The notes: generated by a model from the sequence alone, not told the origin. DNA of 62,412 bases, filler included, from a bacterium (GCA_027063545.1; 18 parts of 18 records of this genome joined end to end with filler, not necessarily neighbours in it), one strand, 5' to 3'. Positions 21,473-32,354 are shown, numbered from the whole stretch's first letter. Made by a program: numbers and translations.

Positions 21473-21700
21473 TTAAAAATAAACTAAATAAATATAAATA
21501 GATACAGCTATTAAACTTGCTACTAAAGAAATCATTCCATATAATGTATATTGGCCAAATGTAATTTCAAATCTATTTTTCTTAGCAATTTGAACAGTTA
21601 AAACATTACTAGATGCCCCGACAACAGTTCCCATCCCTCCAAAACAAGCTCCAATTGAAAGTGACCACCATAGTACATCAACATTATGTCCATAAGCACA
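21473..21700 (-). CDS. C-terminal fragment of a second ArsB/NhaD-family transporter
   Basis: Hand translation LWWSLSIGACFGGMGTVVGASSNVFTVQIAKKNRFEITFGQYTLYG aligns with the end of the neighbouring gene. Confidence 0.88.
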   Translation of the reverse strand, partial: CAYGHNVDVLWWSLSIGACFGGMGTVVGASSNVLTVQIAKKNRFEITFGQYTLYGMISLVASLIAVSIYIYLVYF

Positions 21701-21800
21701 NNNNNNNNNNNNNNNNNNNNNNNNNNNNNNNNNNNNNNNNNNNNTTAATTAATTAANNNNNNNNNNNNNNNNNNNNNNNNNNNNNNNNNNNNNNNNNNNN

Positions 21801-22528
21801 CCCTCTTTAAGACCTTGTTCTATTCTATTATAAACTATATTAATAAGGTCTTCTACTTCTTTATCTTTAACATCTACCTCTTCCCATATAATTAAATCAA
21901 CCTCACCTATCATATTAGGAAATAACTTACCCTTAGGAAGTATCTCAAAATTTCCTTTTATTGTTATAGGAACTATAGGTATATTTTCCTCTTTTGCTAT
22001 TACAAAACCACCCTTTTTAAATCTTGATAACTGCCCTGTTTTTGTTCGCGTCCCTTCAGGATATATTCCAACACTAAACTTTTTTTCTTTTATAATCTTT
22101 GCTGTTTGTTTTAAAGCTTCTAGAGCATTTTTGGTATTCTCTCTATCTATAGGTATATAATTTATTGCTTTAAGAATTTGCCCAAAAATTGGTATAGAAA
22201 AGAGTTCCTTCTTAGCAATCATTACAAATCTAATAGGTAAATAACCAAGGGTAACGGGAATATCAAGCATACTTTGATGATTCATCATTAATATATATTG
22301 TTTGTTAGGATCTAATTTTGATCTTTCAATTACATTAACTTTTATACATGCACTTGTAGCTATCCATCTACCCCAAAAACTTACAATTTCTAAAGCCATT
22401 TTATCATTTATAATTTTTAACCATCTAAATATTAAAAATACAGATCCAACAATTACAATAGAAAAAAATAAATGGAAAAAGGCATTAAAAGTACAAATTG
22501 ATCTTATAAATATATTTCTTGTTTTCAA
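21801..22528 (-). CDS. plsC: 1-acyl-sn-glycerol-3-phosphate acyltransferase (3' end cut)
   Basis: NHQSMLD, IPIDR, YPEGTR, FKKG motifs. Confidence 0.93.
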
Positions 22529-22578
22529 CAGAATAACACCCCTTTTAATATAATAATATAAGTCCTTTTATTCTAAAC

Positions 22579-23386
22579 TTACTTTAAATTATTCTCAATG
22601 ATCTTTAAACATACATCTTTAAAAGAATAGCCTTTTGCTTTTGCTGCCATGGGAAGAAGTGAGGTCTCTGTCATTCCAGGTATTGTGTTAACTTCAAGAA
22701 AATAAAAACTCCCATCATCTCGCAATCTAAAATCAACCCTTGCCAAATCTTTTAATCTAAAAGCTTGAAAAATCTCATATGATTTTTCTTGAATAATATC
22801 TGTTAATTTAGGATCTATTTTTGCTGGGCAATAATATGAAGAATATCCTTTTGTATATTTACTCTCATAATCATATACACCTTTTGTTGGAACAATCTCC
22901 ACTATTGGAAGAACATCATCTATCAGTATTGAAACAGTTATTTCTCTTCCAGGAATGTACTGCTCCATTATCATATATTCAAAGTTTGTATTATATATAT
23001 TCTCAACAACCTCTTCAACATCATTTTTATCATCAATTATAAAAAGTCCTACTGAACTTCCTTGATCTGATGGTTTTATTACTATCTTTTCATATATCAT
23101 TAAAAAATCATAAATCTCTTTTCTTAGTTTTGCTTTATCATATATTTTTACTTCTTTCCATGGGGCTGTTGGGATTTTTAACTCTTCTACAATTCTTTTT
23201 GAAATAACCTTATCCATAGAAAGAGATGAGCCTAAAACCCCCGAACCAGAATATTTTTTTCCTAGTAAATCTAAATACCCTTGAATTTTTCCATCTTCTC
23301 CCCCCCATCCATGAAGACCTAAAAATATAAAATCGGCCTTTTCTATATCTTCTGAATTTATAATATCTTTATAGTCATCAAATAAT
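22579..23386 (-). CDS. ddl: D-alanine--D-alanine ligase (5' end cut)
   Basis: Upstream frame LHGWGGEDGKIQG, then MDK, KPSDQGSSVG, YDYESKY, RVDF, LEVNTIPGMT. Confidence 0.95.
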
Positions 23387-23486
23387 NNNNNNNNNNNNNN
23401 NNNNNNNNNNNNNNNNNNNNNNNNNNNNNNTTAATTAATTAANNNNNNNNNNNNNNNNNNNNNNNNNNNNNNNNNNNNNNNNNNNN

Positions 23487-23639
23487 AAAACTATAACCAT
23501 AAAAGCCCCATCAAAACAAGAACAAGATACCTTTGCTTTAGAAGTTCAAAAGTTAGAAGAAACTATAAATCAAGCAAATGAAATTATACAAAAAGCACCG
23601 AAACAAAAAGAGGAGATTTTAAAGGGGTACTTAGAGTGA
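23487..23639 (+). CDS. C-terminal fragment resembling a type I/IIG restriction-modification specificity domain
   Basis: Hand translation KTITIKAPSKQEQDTFALEVQKLEETINQANEIIQKAPKQKEEILKGYLE*; I-x-x-P-x-x-x-EQ plus helix is typical of HsdS-type conserved regions. Confidence 0.6.
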   Translation, partial: KTITIKAPSKQEQDTFALEVQKLEETINQANEIIQKAPKQKEEILKGYLE

Positions 23640-23679
23640 AAAAACTTTTTTATAATCATAGGGTAAGAGGATTTATATT

Positions 23680-25058
23680 ATGTTAGTTACTACCAAACAA
23701 ATAGTAAAAAGACTTCCTGATAATTTTAGATTAGTAAGTATTTTGGAAGAAGCTATAACAAATAGTATACAAGCACATGCTACTGAGGTTGAACTTTATT
23801 TTGAAACTTTACCTATTGATTTAACAGAAGAAACAAGAAAAGTTAAAAATTTTACCATTATTGATAATGGGGATGGTTTTACAGATGAAAATATAGAATC
23901 ATTTAATCATTATCTATCTGATTATAAGGAAACTTTAGGATGTAAAGGTATAGGAAGATTTACTTATTTGACCATTTGTGAAAAAGTGAAATTTAAAAGT
24001 TTTAATAATGGTAGAAATATAGAATTTGATTTTGATATTAACCAAGAAGTAATAAAGCCTAAAAGATTAAATAATGAACCTTTAAAAAAAAAGACAATAG
24101 TTGAGTTTCTAAATATTAAAGATAGGATTCTGAACAATGATTTTAAAGCAGAAGAAAAAGAGCTTATAGGACATTTTCTTTCAATTTTTAAGTTTATGGT
24201 AGATGAAGATAAAAATGTAGAGATAAAAATATATATTGATAAAAAACTTGTTTCAACTATAGAAGCAAAAGAACATGGTACTGGTTTTGAAGATGATAAT
24301 TTTACTATTAAAGTGGGAGAAAAAAAAGAGGAATTTACCATTTCTTATAAGCAAAAAGGTTCTTCGATTAAAGGATTTTATTGTGCTGATAGAAGAAGTG
24401 TTAAACGAGATACATTAGGATTGAAAATTAGAACAGAACGGGATAAAGGGCTTTTATATTTTGTAAGTTCACCTTTCTTTGATAAGCATGTTGATGATAA
24501 TAGATTAAATTTTAATATAAAAGAAAAAAATAGTGATCTTTTTAATGATGGTTTAGACTGGGAAACTATCAATAGAAAACTTTTTACAACAGTTGATAAA
24601 GTGTGTAAAAAGTTTGGAATAGATATAGATGCAACAGTTAAAAAAAATCAAAAAGAGAGTTTAAAATCAGCTCCATATTTAGCTTCTTATATTAAACAGA
24701 GTACAAACAAAGCAAATAGTGCTGAAATTATAAAAGAAGCTAAAGAACGATTTAATAGTGATAAAGAGTATATTAGAAATATAAAAAATAGAAGAAATTC
24801 AGATTATGAAGAACGACTTTATATCAGTAATCAAGCTGAACTAGCTGAATATATTTTTGATAGAGAAAGAATTATTGATGATATAAAATCTGATTTAGAT
24901 AGTGGTAATAAAAAATCTAATGAAACTGTTATACACAATAAAATTATTAAAACAAAAACTAGTAATAGTGATGATAAATCATATAAAAATAATAATTTAT
25001 GGCTTTTTGATGAAAGATTTATGATTTATAATTATGCTTATAGTGATGTAACAATTAA
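23680..25058 (+). CDS. GHKL (MORC/MutL-like) ATPase, probable defence protein (3' end cut)
   Basis: GHKL boxes EEAITNSIQA, IIDNGDGF, GCKGIGRF; long C-terminal region with LAEY, E..IHN, NNLWLFDERF; no His-kinase H-box or TM helix. Confidence 0.8.
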
Positions 25059-25158
25059 NNNNNNNNNNNNNNNNNNNNNNNNNNNNNNNNNNNNNNNNNN
25101 NNTTAATTAATTAANNNNNNNNNNNNNNNNNNNNNNNNNNNNNNNNNNNNNNNNNNNN

Positions 25159-25268
25159 GATTAATATATGAAGTTGCAAATAATCCTATACCAACAGACG
25201 AAAAGGGAAACTTAATATATAAAGAAGTTACTATGATAATAATTATAGAAATTATAGATTATCATTAG
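25159..25268 (+). CDS. higB: C-terminal fragment of HigB/RelE-type toxin
   Basis: Hand translation LIYEVANNPIPTDEKGNLIYKEVTMIIIIEIIDYH*; terminal DYH and position before higA. Confidence 0.8.
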
Positions 25269-25294
25269 GTAATAAAAATTGATCTGAGATAATT

Positions 25295-26425
25295 ATGGAG
25301 GAAAATATGGCTGGATTATATAGATTTGAGCCAGATTATGCGGTTCATCCGGGAGAGACTTTAAGGGAAAAGTTAGAAGAATTAAATATGAATCCTAAGG
25401 AGTTTGCTGTTAGAGTAGGAAAGCCTGTAAAAACAATTTCTAATATTTTAAATGGAAAAAGTTCTATTACTCCTGAAATAGCTGTTCAGTTTGAGAAAGT
25501 GTTAGGTATTTCGGCTAGTTTTTGGATGGCAAAACAAGCTAATTATAGTGAATATATAGCAAGAGAAAAAGAAAAGCAAAAATTAGAAGATGGTATAGAA
25601 TGGGCTAAGAAATTTCCTTATAAGCAATTAGCAGAAATGGGTTATGTAAAGAATACAAGGAGATCAAAAGAAAGAGTAGAAGAATTATTAAATTTTTTTA
25701 ATATTTCAAAACCAGAAGCATGGAAAAAGATTTATCTTGAACAGGCGGTGCCTGTATTTTTTAGAATTTCTCTTAACCATACAAAAGATCCTTATTCTCT
25801 TTCTATACTTTTAAGAATTGGGGAAATTGAAGCAGGTAAAATGAAGAGGAAGCCTTATAATAGAAAAAAATTGAAAGAAATATTACCAATTTTAAAAGAA
25901 ATTATGATATCAGAAGATACCAATTTTTTGGAAAAAATTCAACAATATTGTCTTGAAGCAGGTGTTAAGGTTGTATATACTAAAAGTTTGCTAAAAGTAC
26001 CTATTAATGGTGTAGTTAGATGGATAGATGAAAATCCTATAATTCAAATAACAGATAGATATAAAAGATATGATGTTTTTTGGTTTTCTCTTTTTCATGA
26101 GTTAGGTCATGTTTTACTTCATGGAAGAAAGAAGAATATTTTCTTAGAGGATATAGAGAATATAAATATTCATGATGAAAAAGAAGAGGAAGCAAATAAA
26201 TTTGCAGAAAATTATCTTTTAAGTAAAGAACAATATAATGAAATAATAACAGCAATTAATTTAAGTGATAAAACTCCTAATATTATCTTAAAAATTATAA
26301 ATGAATATGCAAAAAAATTTAGAACACATAAGGATATAATTATTGGAAGGATATTGTATTATAATAAAGAGTTGTATAAGTTTTCTTTTTTAAGAAAGGA
26401 GTTAAAAAAGATTGATTTTAAATAG
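25295..26425 (+). CDS. higA: HigA-family Xre HTH antitoxin fused to ImmA/IrrE metallopeptidase domain
   Basis: VHPGETL, ITPEIA..FW...Q HTH region; FWFSLFHELGH (HExxH) and EEEANKFA. Confidence 0.9.
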   Translation: MEENMAGLYRFEPDYAVHPGETLREKLEELNMNPKEFAVRVGKPVKTISNILNGKSSITPEIAVQFEKVLGISASFWMAKQANYSEYIAREKEKQKLEDGIEWAKKFPYKQLAEMGYVKNTRRSKERVEELLNFFNISKPEAWKKIYLEQAVPVFFRISLNHTKDPYSLSILLRIGEIEAGKMKRKPYNRKKLKEILPILKEIMISEDTNFLEKIQQYCLEAGVKVVYTKSLLKVPINGVVRWIDENPIIQITDRYKRYDVFWFSLFHELGHVLLHGRKKNIFLEDIENINIHDEKEEEANKFAENYLLSKEQYNEIITAINLSDKTPNIILKIINEYAKKFRTHKDIIIGRILYYNKELYKFSFLRKELKKIDFK

Positions 26426-26526
26426 ACGAAAAAAAGAATTTATAATCATTTTCCCATTGGGTGATAAGGAATAAAGTTTTATATTTAAATTATTTTTAAA
26501 TTATAAAAATACAAATAGGGGTCTCT

Positions 26527-26730
26527 ATGAGTAATTTTGTAATAATAAATGAAGAGAAGACATTAGCAGATAGAATAAACGAGTTAATTCCTCATACAGA
26601 AGAAATAAAAATTTTAGTTGGATTTTTTTATTTTTCTGGATTAGATATCTTATATCATGCATTAAAAGAAAATGAAAATATAAAATTAAAAGTCTTAGTA
26701 GGATTAGATGTAGATGAAGGGAATTATTCA
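26527..26730 (+). CDS. N-terminal fragment of PLD-domain (probably SNF2 helicase-fused) protein
   Basis: KILVGFFYFSG and LKVLVG match the start of PLD-like nuclease domains of R-M-associated helicases; cut by contig end. Confidence 0.6.
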
Positions 26731-26830
26731 NNNNNNNNNNNNNNNNNNNNNNNNNNNNNNNNNNNNNNNNNNNNTTAATTAATTAANNNNNNNNNNNNNN
26801 NNNNNNNNNNNNNNNNNNNNNNNNNNNNNN

Positions 26831-27598
26831 ATAATTTATTACATCAAACCCTAAAGTTTTTGTAACCGACCCTATAAAAGCATTTGTTGTTATATTAAGA
26901 GCTTTCTTTTTATACAAATCCTTAAACATTGGAATAAGCTTCTTTTTACCTTTTCCCCATATCCATATAAAATTAATTTCATTTTTATTATTATCTCTTC
27001 TAATTTTATTTACGTTATGATCTTTTAACTCATCTCTAACTATATCTAAAATATCATAAAAAAAAACCGCCCATGTCCCTTTAAAAATATCTTGTTTCTC
27101 TATTGTTTTAGTTATAACATCTTCAAAATCATCAACTATTAATGAATCTATGTCCTCATCTAATACTAATAACATCCTTTGATTAGATATTTTATAAAAT
27201 CTAATAGGAATGCCTCTAAAATTACCATTAAACCTTTCATTTAATGATGTTATTAATTCATCTGACTCTTCTTCTGAAATATTATCTAAATAATATATTT
27301 TCTTACTATTCTCATCATAATAGCAAAAATCACAAATAAAAGCTGTATCTATTTCTCCTAAAGAAATCCCCAAATTTATACTTTCAAATAATCCTGCTCC
27401 ATTATAATATTTAGATGGAGAATAACCTAATAAAGATAAAGTTGTTATATCCTCTCTTATTTTTATACCTTTAACTATAGCATCTAATCTTACTACTTTA
27501 CCTTCTGCTGCAAATGTATCTATATTTATAGTATAAACATCTTCTCCAACAGGGAAAAATCCAGGAATAACTAAATACATATATTTACGTTTCATCAT
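26831..27598 (-). CDS. ApgM-like (cofactor-independent phosphoglycerate mutase / proposed homoserine kinase family) protein, degenerate active site, 3' end cut
   Basis: LSLLGYSP..YY.G, ES..LGI.L, HNVNKIR...INFIWIWGKG match the family; downstream of thrC. Confidence 0.78.
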
Positions 27599-27602
27599 TT
27601 TT

Positions 27603-28973
27603 TTATCCTAAAAATTTTTTTTCATATTCATATATAACCTTTTTAATGGACTCTATATTAGCTTCAACATCTACAGGTTGATTAGCCATTTTAGATGTAT
27701 CTATCTTTCCTTCTCTTATAACATAATTCTTTTCATAATAAGAATGTATATAAAAATTATTTGTATGAAACTCTACAGTATAATCAGGATCCTTTAACAA
27801 ATTTCCTGTTAATATACCAACTACAAAAGCATCTTTATCTATAATTCCTTTTTCTACTAATTTTTTTATTCCTGCAACCGTTGTTGCACTAGCAGGCTCA
27901 CATCCTATGCCATCCCTTCCTATTATTGCCTTAGCAAAAGCAATTTCTTCTTCTGTAACCTGTTCTACTATTCCATTTGTAAACTCTATAGTCCTTACAG
28001 ATTTTTTCCAAGAAACAGGATTTCCAATTTTTATCGCTGTTGCTCTTGTATATGCTTTTACTGGTTTAAATTCTTTTTTACCTTCTTGAAAATATCTATA
28101 TAAAGGATTAGCCCCTTCAGCCTGTACCACAACAACCTTTGGCAACTTATCTATAAATCCTAAATTATATAACTCCTGTAATGCTTTTCCAAAAGAAGAA
28201 TTATTCCCTAAATTACCACCAGGGACTACTATGTAATCTGGTACATTCCAATCTAACTGATCTAACAATTCTATAATTATTGTCTTTTGACCCTCTAATC
28301 TAAAAGGATTGATAGAGTTTAAAAGATAAATTCCTAATTCTACAGAGACTCTTTCCACTAATTTCATAGCATCATCAAAATCACCATTAATTCTTAAAGT
28401 TAAAGCACCATAATCCAAAGCCTGAGATAATTTCCCATAAGCAATTTGTTTTCCTCCAGGTATAAAAACTATAGGAAGCATTCCTGCTCTAGAAGCGTAA
28501 GCACTCATAGAAGCAGAAGTATTTCCTGTAGAAGCACATGCTACCCTATTAAAACCTAATTTTTTAGCCATTGTAGTTCCTGTTGTCATTCCATTATCTT
28601 TAAAAGAACCAGTTGGATTAAGACCCTGATGCTTCAAAAATAACCTATTTAAACCAGCGTATTTAGCACTCTTTGGAGCATCAAAAACATTAGTATTTCC
28701 CTCTGGCATGGTTACAATCTTATCTAAATCTTTTTCTATATCAATAAATTGAAGAAATTCCCTATATCTCCATACACCTGATAGATCATACTTATTATTT
28801 GTTAACCTTCTCTCGCGAAATACCTTCTTCCAGTACTCTGGATCTATACTACTAGTATCAAATTCATAAACTACATCTAATAGATCTCCACAATCACATC
28901 TATATCTTACTTCATTAATATCATATTCTTTTCCACAGGATATACATTTAAAATAAACTCTATTAATCTTCAT
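27603..28973 (-). CDS. thrC: Threonine synthase
   Basis: N-terminal CxxC..CxC, NPTGSFKDNG, CASTGNTSAS, NPFRLEGQKT, PGGNLGN, EPASA. Confidence 0.96.
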   Translation of the reverse strand: MKINRVYFKCISCGKEYDINEVRYRCDCGDLLDVVYEFDTSSIDPEYWKKVFRERRLTNNKYDLSGVWRYREFLQFIDIEKDLDKIVTMPEGNTNVFDAPKSAKYAGLNRLFLKHQGLNPTGSFKDNGMTTGTTMAKKLGFNRVACASTGNTSASMSAYASRAGMLPIVFIPGGKQIAYGKLSQALDYGALTLRINGDFDDAMKLVERVSVELGIYLLNSINPFRLEGQKTIIIELLDQLDWNVPDYIVVPGGNLGNNSSFGKALQELYNLGFIDKLPKVVVVQAEGANPLYRYFQEGKKEFKPVKAYTRATAIKIGNPVSWKKSVRTIEFTNGIVEQVTEEEIAFAKAIIGRDGIGCEPASATTVAGIKKLVEKGIIDKDAFVVGILTGNLLKDPDYTVEFHTNNFYIHSYYEKNYVIREGKIDTSKMANQPVDVEANIESIKKVIYEYEKKFLG

Positions 28974-28989
28974 ATTTTATACCCCTTTA

Positions 28990-30309
28990 TTATAAGTCCT
29001 CTTCTACTCTTAAAATTTGTGGTTCTGATTCTATAATATCACCTACCAATTCTTTAAATTTTTCTAGGGCTTTTAGCATTATGCCTTCTTTAGTCTTATG
29101 AGTTAATATAACTACTGGCACATATTCTCCATCTTTTAATTCACCATCTTTTTGAATAACAGCCTTTATAGAAATACCAACATCTCCAAGTATATTTGTT
29201 ATTTTAGCCAAAACTCCAGGTTTATCTAAACTAGAAAATCTTAAATAATACTGGGTTATAATCTCTTCTCTTGGAAGTATCCTTTTTAATTCTCCTCCTC
29301 GATGATAAGGTGGAACTCTACCAACAGAATTATTTATTATATTTCTTGCAATATCTATAACATCAGATACTACAGCAGAAGCTGTTGGATAACGTCCTGC
29401 TCCTTTACCTTTTAAAAGGAGTTCATCTACAAAATTACCTTTTATCATAACAGCATTAAATTCATATAAAATAGAAGCTAAAGTACTCTTTGAAGGAATT
29501 AATGTTGGATGAACTCTTAATTCAATCCCGTCTTCTCTATCCCTTGCTATTGCCAATAATTTTACAGTATAACCTAACTCTTCAGCAAATTTAACATCAA
29601 GACTTGTTATCTTTCTTATACCTTCGGTTATAAAATCTTCCATTTTTACTTCTCTCCAGTATACTAAAGATGCTAGTATTGTTAACTTATGGGCACTATC
29701 AATCCCATCTATATCAAAAGTTGGGTCTGCTTCAGCAAATCCTAATTCTTGAGCTTTTTTTAAAGCTTCTTCAAAACTTAATCCTTCATTCTTCATAGTG
29801 GTTAAGATATAATTACAAGTCCCATTTATTATTCCAAAAATTTTTTCTATGTTATTGGCTAACATAGCCTCTTTTACTACTTTTATAATAGGAATTCCAC
29901 CTGCAACCGCCGCATCATAGTATATATCTACTTTTTTTTCTATTGCTTTATCAAATATTTCTTTACCATATACTGCTAAAAGAGCTTTATTTGCTGTTAC
30001 TATATTTTTTCCCATTTCTATAGATTCTAATATTAACTTCTTGGCAAAATCATATCCTCCTACTAATTCTATAACTATCTCTATTTCTGGATCATCTACT
30101 ATCTCCTTATAATTTGTAGTTAAAAGTTCCTTAGGAACATTCACTCCTCTATCTGTTTCTATATCCAGATCTGCTATCTTTTTTAAATTAATATCAATAT
30201 CTAAAGTTTTCTTCCATTCTTCTCTCTTTTTTAGTAGAATATCAGCAACCCCTGCACCTATTGTCCCAAATCCAACTAAACCTACATTTATCTTTTTCAT
30301 CCCTATCAT
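28990..30309 (-). CDS. hom: Homoserine dehydrogenase with ACT domain
   Basis: GFGTIG, VTANKA, AVAGGIP, NGTCNYIL, AEADP, GAG..PTASAV, ACT DKPGVLA. Confidence 0.97.
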   Translation of the reverse strand: MIGMKKINVGLVGFGTIGAGVADILLKKREEWKKTLDIDINLKKIADLDIETDRGVNVPKELLTTNYKEIVDDPEIEIVIELVGGYDFAKKLILESIEMGKNIVTANKALLAVYGKEIFDKAIEKKVDIYYDAAVAGGIPIIKVVKEAMLANNIEKIFGIINGTCNYILTTMKNEGLSFEEALKKAQELGFAEADPTFDIDGIDSAHKLTILASLVYWREVKMEDFITEGIRKITSLDVKFAEELGYTVKLLAIARDREDGIELRVHPTLIPSKSTLASILYEFNAVMIKGNFVDELLLKGKGAGRYPTASAVVSDVIDIARNIINNSVGRVPPYHRGGELKRILPREEIITQYYLRFSSLDKPGVLAKITNILGDVGISIKAVIQKDGELKDGEYVPVVILTHKTKEGIMLKALEKFKELVGDIIESEPQILRVEEDL

Positions 30310-30319
30310 CTCCTTTTGT

Positions 30320-32092
30320 TTATTTCATTTTTGGAATATATTTATATAGCTTTAAGTTTATAAATTCTTCTATATCTTTTGAATTATCCATCGTCATTAT
30401 TTTACTTACAATACTTCTTATATCTTCATATTTCACACTTCGTATTATCTTTTTTATATATGGAATACTTCCAACAGCCATAGAAAGCTCATCAACCCCA
30501 AAACCTAATAATAAAATAGCAAAAATAAAATCACTCGCTATTTCCCCACATACACCAACCTTTACTCCATAAGAATGGGCTACCTCAACAATATTGTAAA
30601 AAGTTTTAAATAAACTAGGTTGATATAAGGAATATAAATCTGTTACATCCTCATTCCTTCTATCTATTGCAAACATAAATTGTATAAGGTCATTTGTACC
30701 TATTGAAATAAACCGAATATCTTCGATTTTCTTTAAAAAATTTTCTAGCATTATAGCTGTACTAGGTATTTCTACCATTATACCAAATTCAATATTTTTA
30801 TCATCAAATGAATATCCCTGCTCTCCCAATTTTGATTTTACTTTATCTATTTCATCTAAAATTTCCTCTACTTCCCATATATCTGTTACAAACGGTACGG
30901 ATATTCTAATAGTCAAGTTTTCTTTATTCTTATATTTATATACATCTCCAATAGCTTTATAAATTGCTGTAATCTGCGATCTTAAAATATCCCTATATCT
31001 AATTAAATATCTAGCACCTCTTATACCTAAAAAAGAATTATCTGTTGTTGATGACTCATCAATTATCTTATCTCCTCCAAAATCAAATAATCTTATAGTT
31101 AAAAGCCGTTCTTCAGACTCTATTAAAAATTTATAAACTTCATATTGGTCTGTTTCGGATAAATTCTCCCTTAAATTTGTTAAATATATATATTCTGACC
31201 TAAAAAGTCCTACACCTTCTGCACCATATGAACTAGTGTGAGTAATTTCCCAAGGAAGTTCAATATTTGAAAGTAATGTTAATTTTTTACCATCAATAGT
31301 AATAGGTTGTAAATTTCTTAAGCTTTTTAATTCTTCTTGTTGTCGCTCATATACAATTTTTATTTCATTATATTTTTTTAAATCACTATTATTAGGATTT
31401 ACAATAATTTTCCCATTTATAGCATCTAAAATTGTAAAATCTTCGTTATTAACCTCTTTATATATTCCTTTACATCCTACAATTCCAGGAATTTCTAGAG
31501 ATTTAGCTATTATAACAGAATGGGAAGTTAAACTCCCCTCTTCTAAAATAAATCCCTTTATATTCCCTAATAAAAAATGCACAATATCACTGGGATATAA
31601 TTCTTTTGCTACAATTATAGGTTTATCTTCACTTTTACTTTTTTTATTCTTATATAATCCACCCTGAAGATATGATATTATAATTTTTCTTATATCTTTT
31701 AAATCTAAAACTCTTTCCTTTAAATAAAAATCTTTTACCTGTTCTAGTTTATCAATATATTCCTCTATAACCTCATAAGTAGCCCATATGGCATTATATT
31801 TCTTTTCTCTAATTAAATCTTCAATCTGTTTCAAAAGGACTTCATCTTCAAGAAGAGCTAGCTGAATTTTTAAGATATCTGATATTGCTGGAAAAGCTTC
31901 GGCTTTAGACTTTATATCGCTTTTTATTTTTTCTAAAGTCTTATAAAAAAATTTTACTTCCTTTTCTATTCTTTTTTCACCAATATAAAATCTTGTCGGA
32001 AGAACATCGCCCCCTGAGAACTTATAGATATTTCCAAATACTATTCCATAGGATGCAGAGATCCCCTTATAAACCCTTCTTTTATTCTTCAT
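30320..32092 (-). CDS. ptsI: PTS enzyme I (PEP-protein phosphotransferase)
   Basis: TSHSVI phospho-His, GVGLFRSE, MVEIP, SIGTNDL, GVCGE. Confidence 0.96.
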   Translation of the reverse strand: MKNKRRVYKGISASYGIVFGNIYKFSGGDVLPTRFYIGEKRIEKEVKFFYKTLEKIKSDIKSKAEAFPAISDILKIQLALLEDEVLLKQIEDLIREKKYNAIWATYEVIEEYIDKLEQVKDFYLKERVLDLKDIRKIIISYLQGGLYKNKKSKSEDKPIIVAKELYPSDIVHFLLGNIKGFILEEGSLTSHSVIIAKSLEIPGIVGCKGIYKEVNNEDFTILDAINGKIIVNPNNSDLKKYNEIKIVYERQQEELKSLRNLQPITIDGKKLTLLSNIELPWEITHTSSYGAEGVGLFRSEYIYLTNLRENLSETDQYEVYKFLIESEERLLTIRLFDFGGDKIIDESSTTDNSFLGIRGARYLIRYRDILRSQITAIYKAIGDVYKYKNKENLTIRISVPFVTDIWEVEEILDEIDKVKSKLGEQGYSFDDKNIEFGIMVEIPSTAIMLENFLKKIEDIRFISIGTNDLIQFMFAIDRRNEDVTDLYSLYQPSLFKTFYNIVEVAHSYGVKVGVCGEIASDFIFAILLLGFGVDELSMAVGSIPYIKKIIRSVKYEDIRSIVSKIMTMDNSKDIEEFINLKLYKYIPKMK

Positions 32093-32348
32093 AGAATTTT
32101 GCTTCGAATAATTTTAAAATAGCCTCAACAGCTTCCTTCTCATCTTCTCCCTCCGCTCTTATAATTACTTCAGCACCTGGAGGGATTGCTAAAGTAATCA
32201 TTTCAATAACACTCTTTGCATTTACTTCTTGATTATTATATATAAGACTTATCTTAGACTTATATTTCATTGCTTCTTCTCTTACTCGTGTAGCTGGCCT
32301 AGAATGAAATCCCACCTTATTTTTTACAATAGCCTTTGTTTCAACCAT
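32082..32348 (-). CDS. ptsH: Phosphocarrier protein HPr
   Basis: GFHSRPA (His15), NAKSV (Ser46), AEGEDE. Confidence 0.95.
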   Translation of the reverse strand: MVETKAIVKNKVGFHSRPATRVREEAMKYKSKISLIYNNQEVNAKSVIEMITLAIPPGAEVIIRAEGEDEKEAVEAILKLFEAKFYEE

Positions 32349-32354
32349 ATATTT

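Noticed and set aside
22579..23386. Vancomycin-resistance D-Ala-D-Lac ligase
   Set aside because: YDYESKY loop is the D-Ala-D-Ala type and no van genes are adjacent
23487..26730. One continuous defence island (GHKL ATPase, TA, PLD gene)
   Set aside because: A spacer at 25059-25158 separates the pieces; adjacency results from contig sorting
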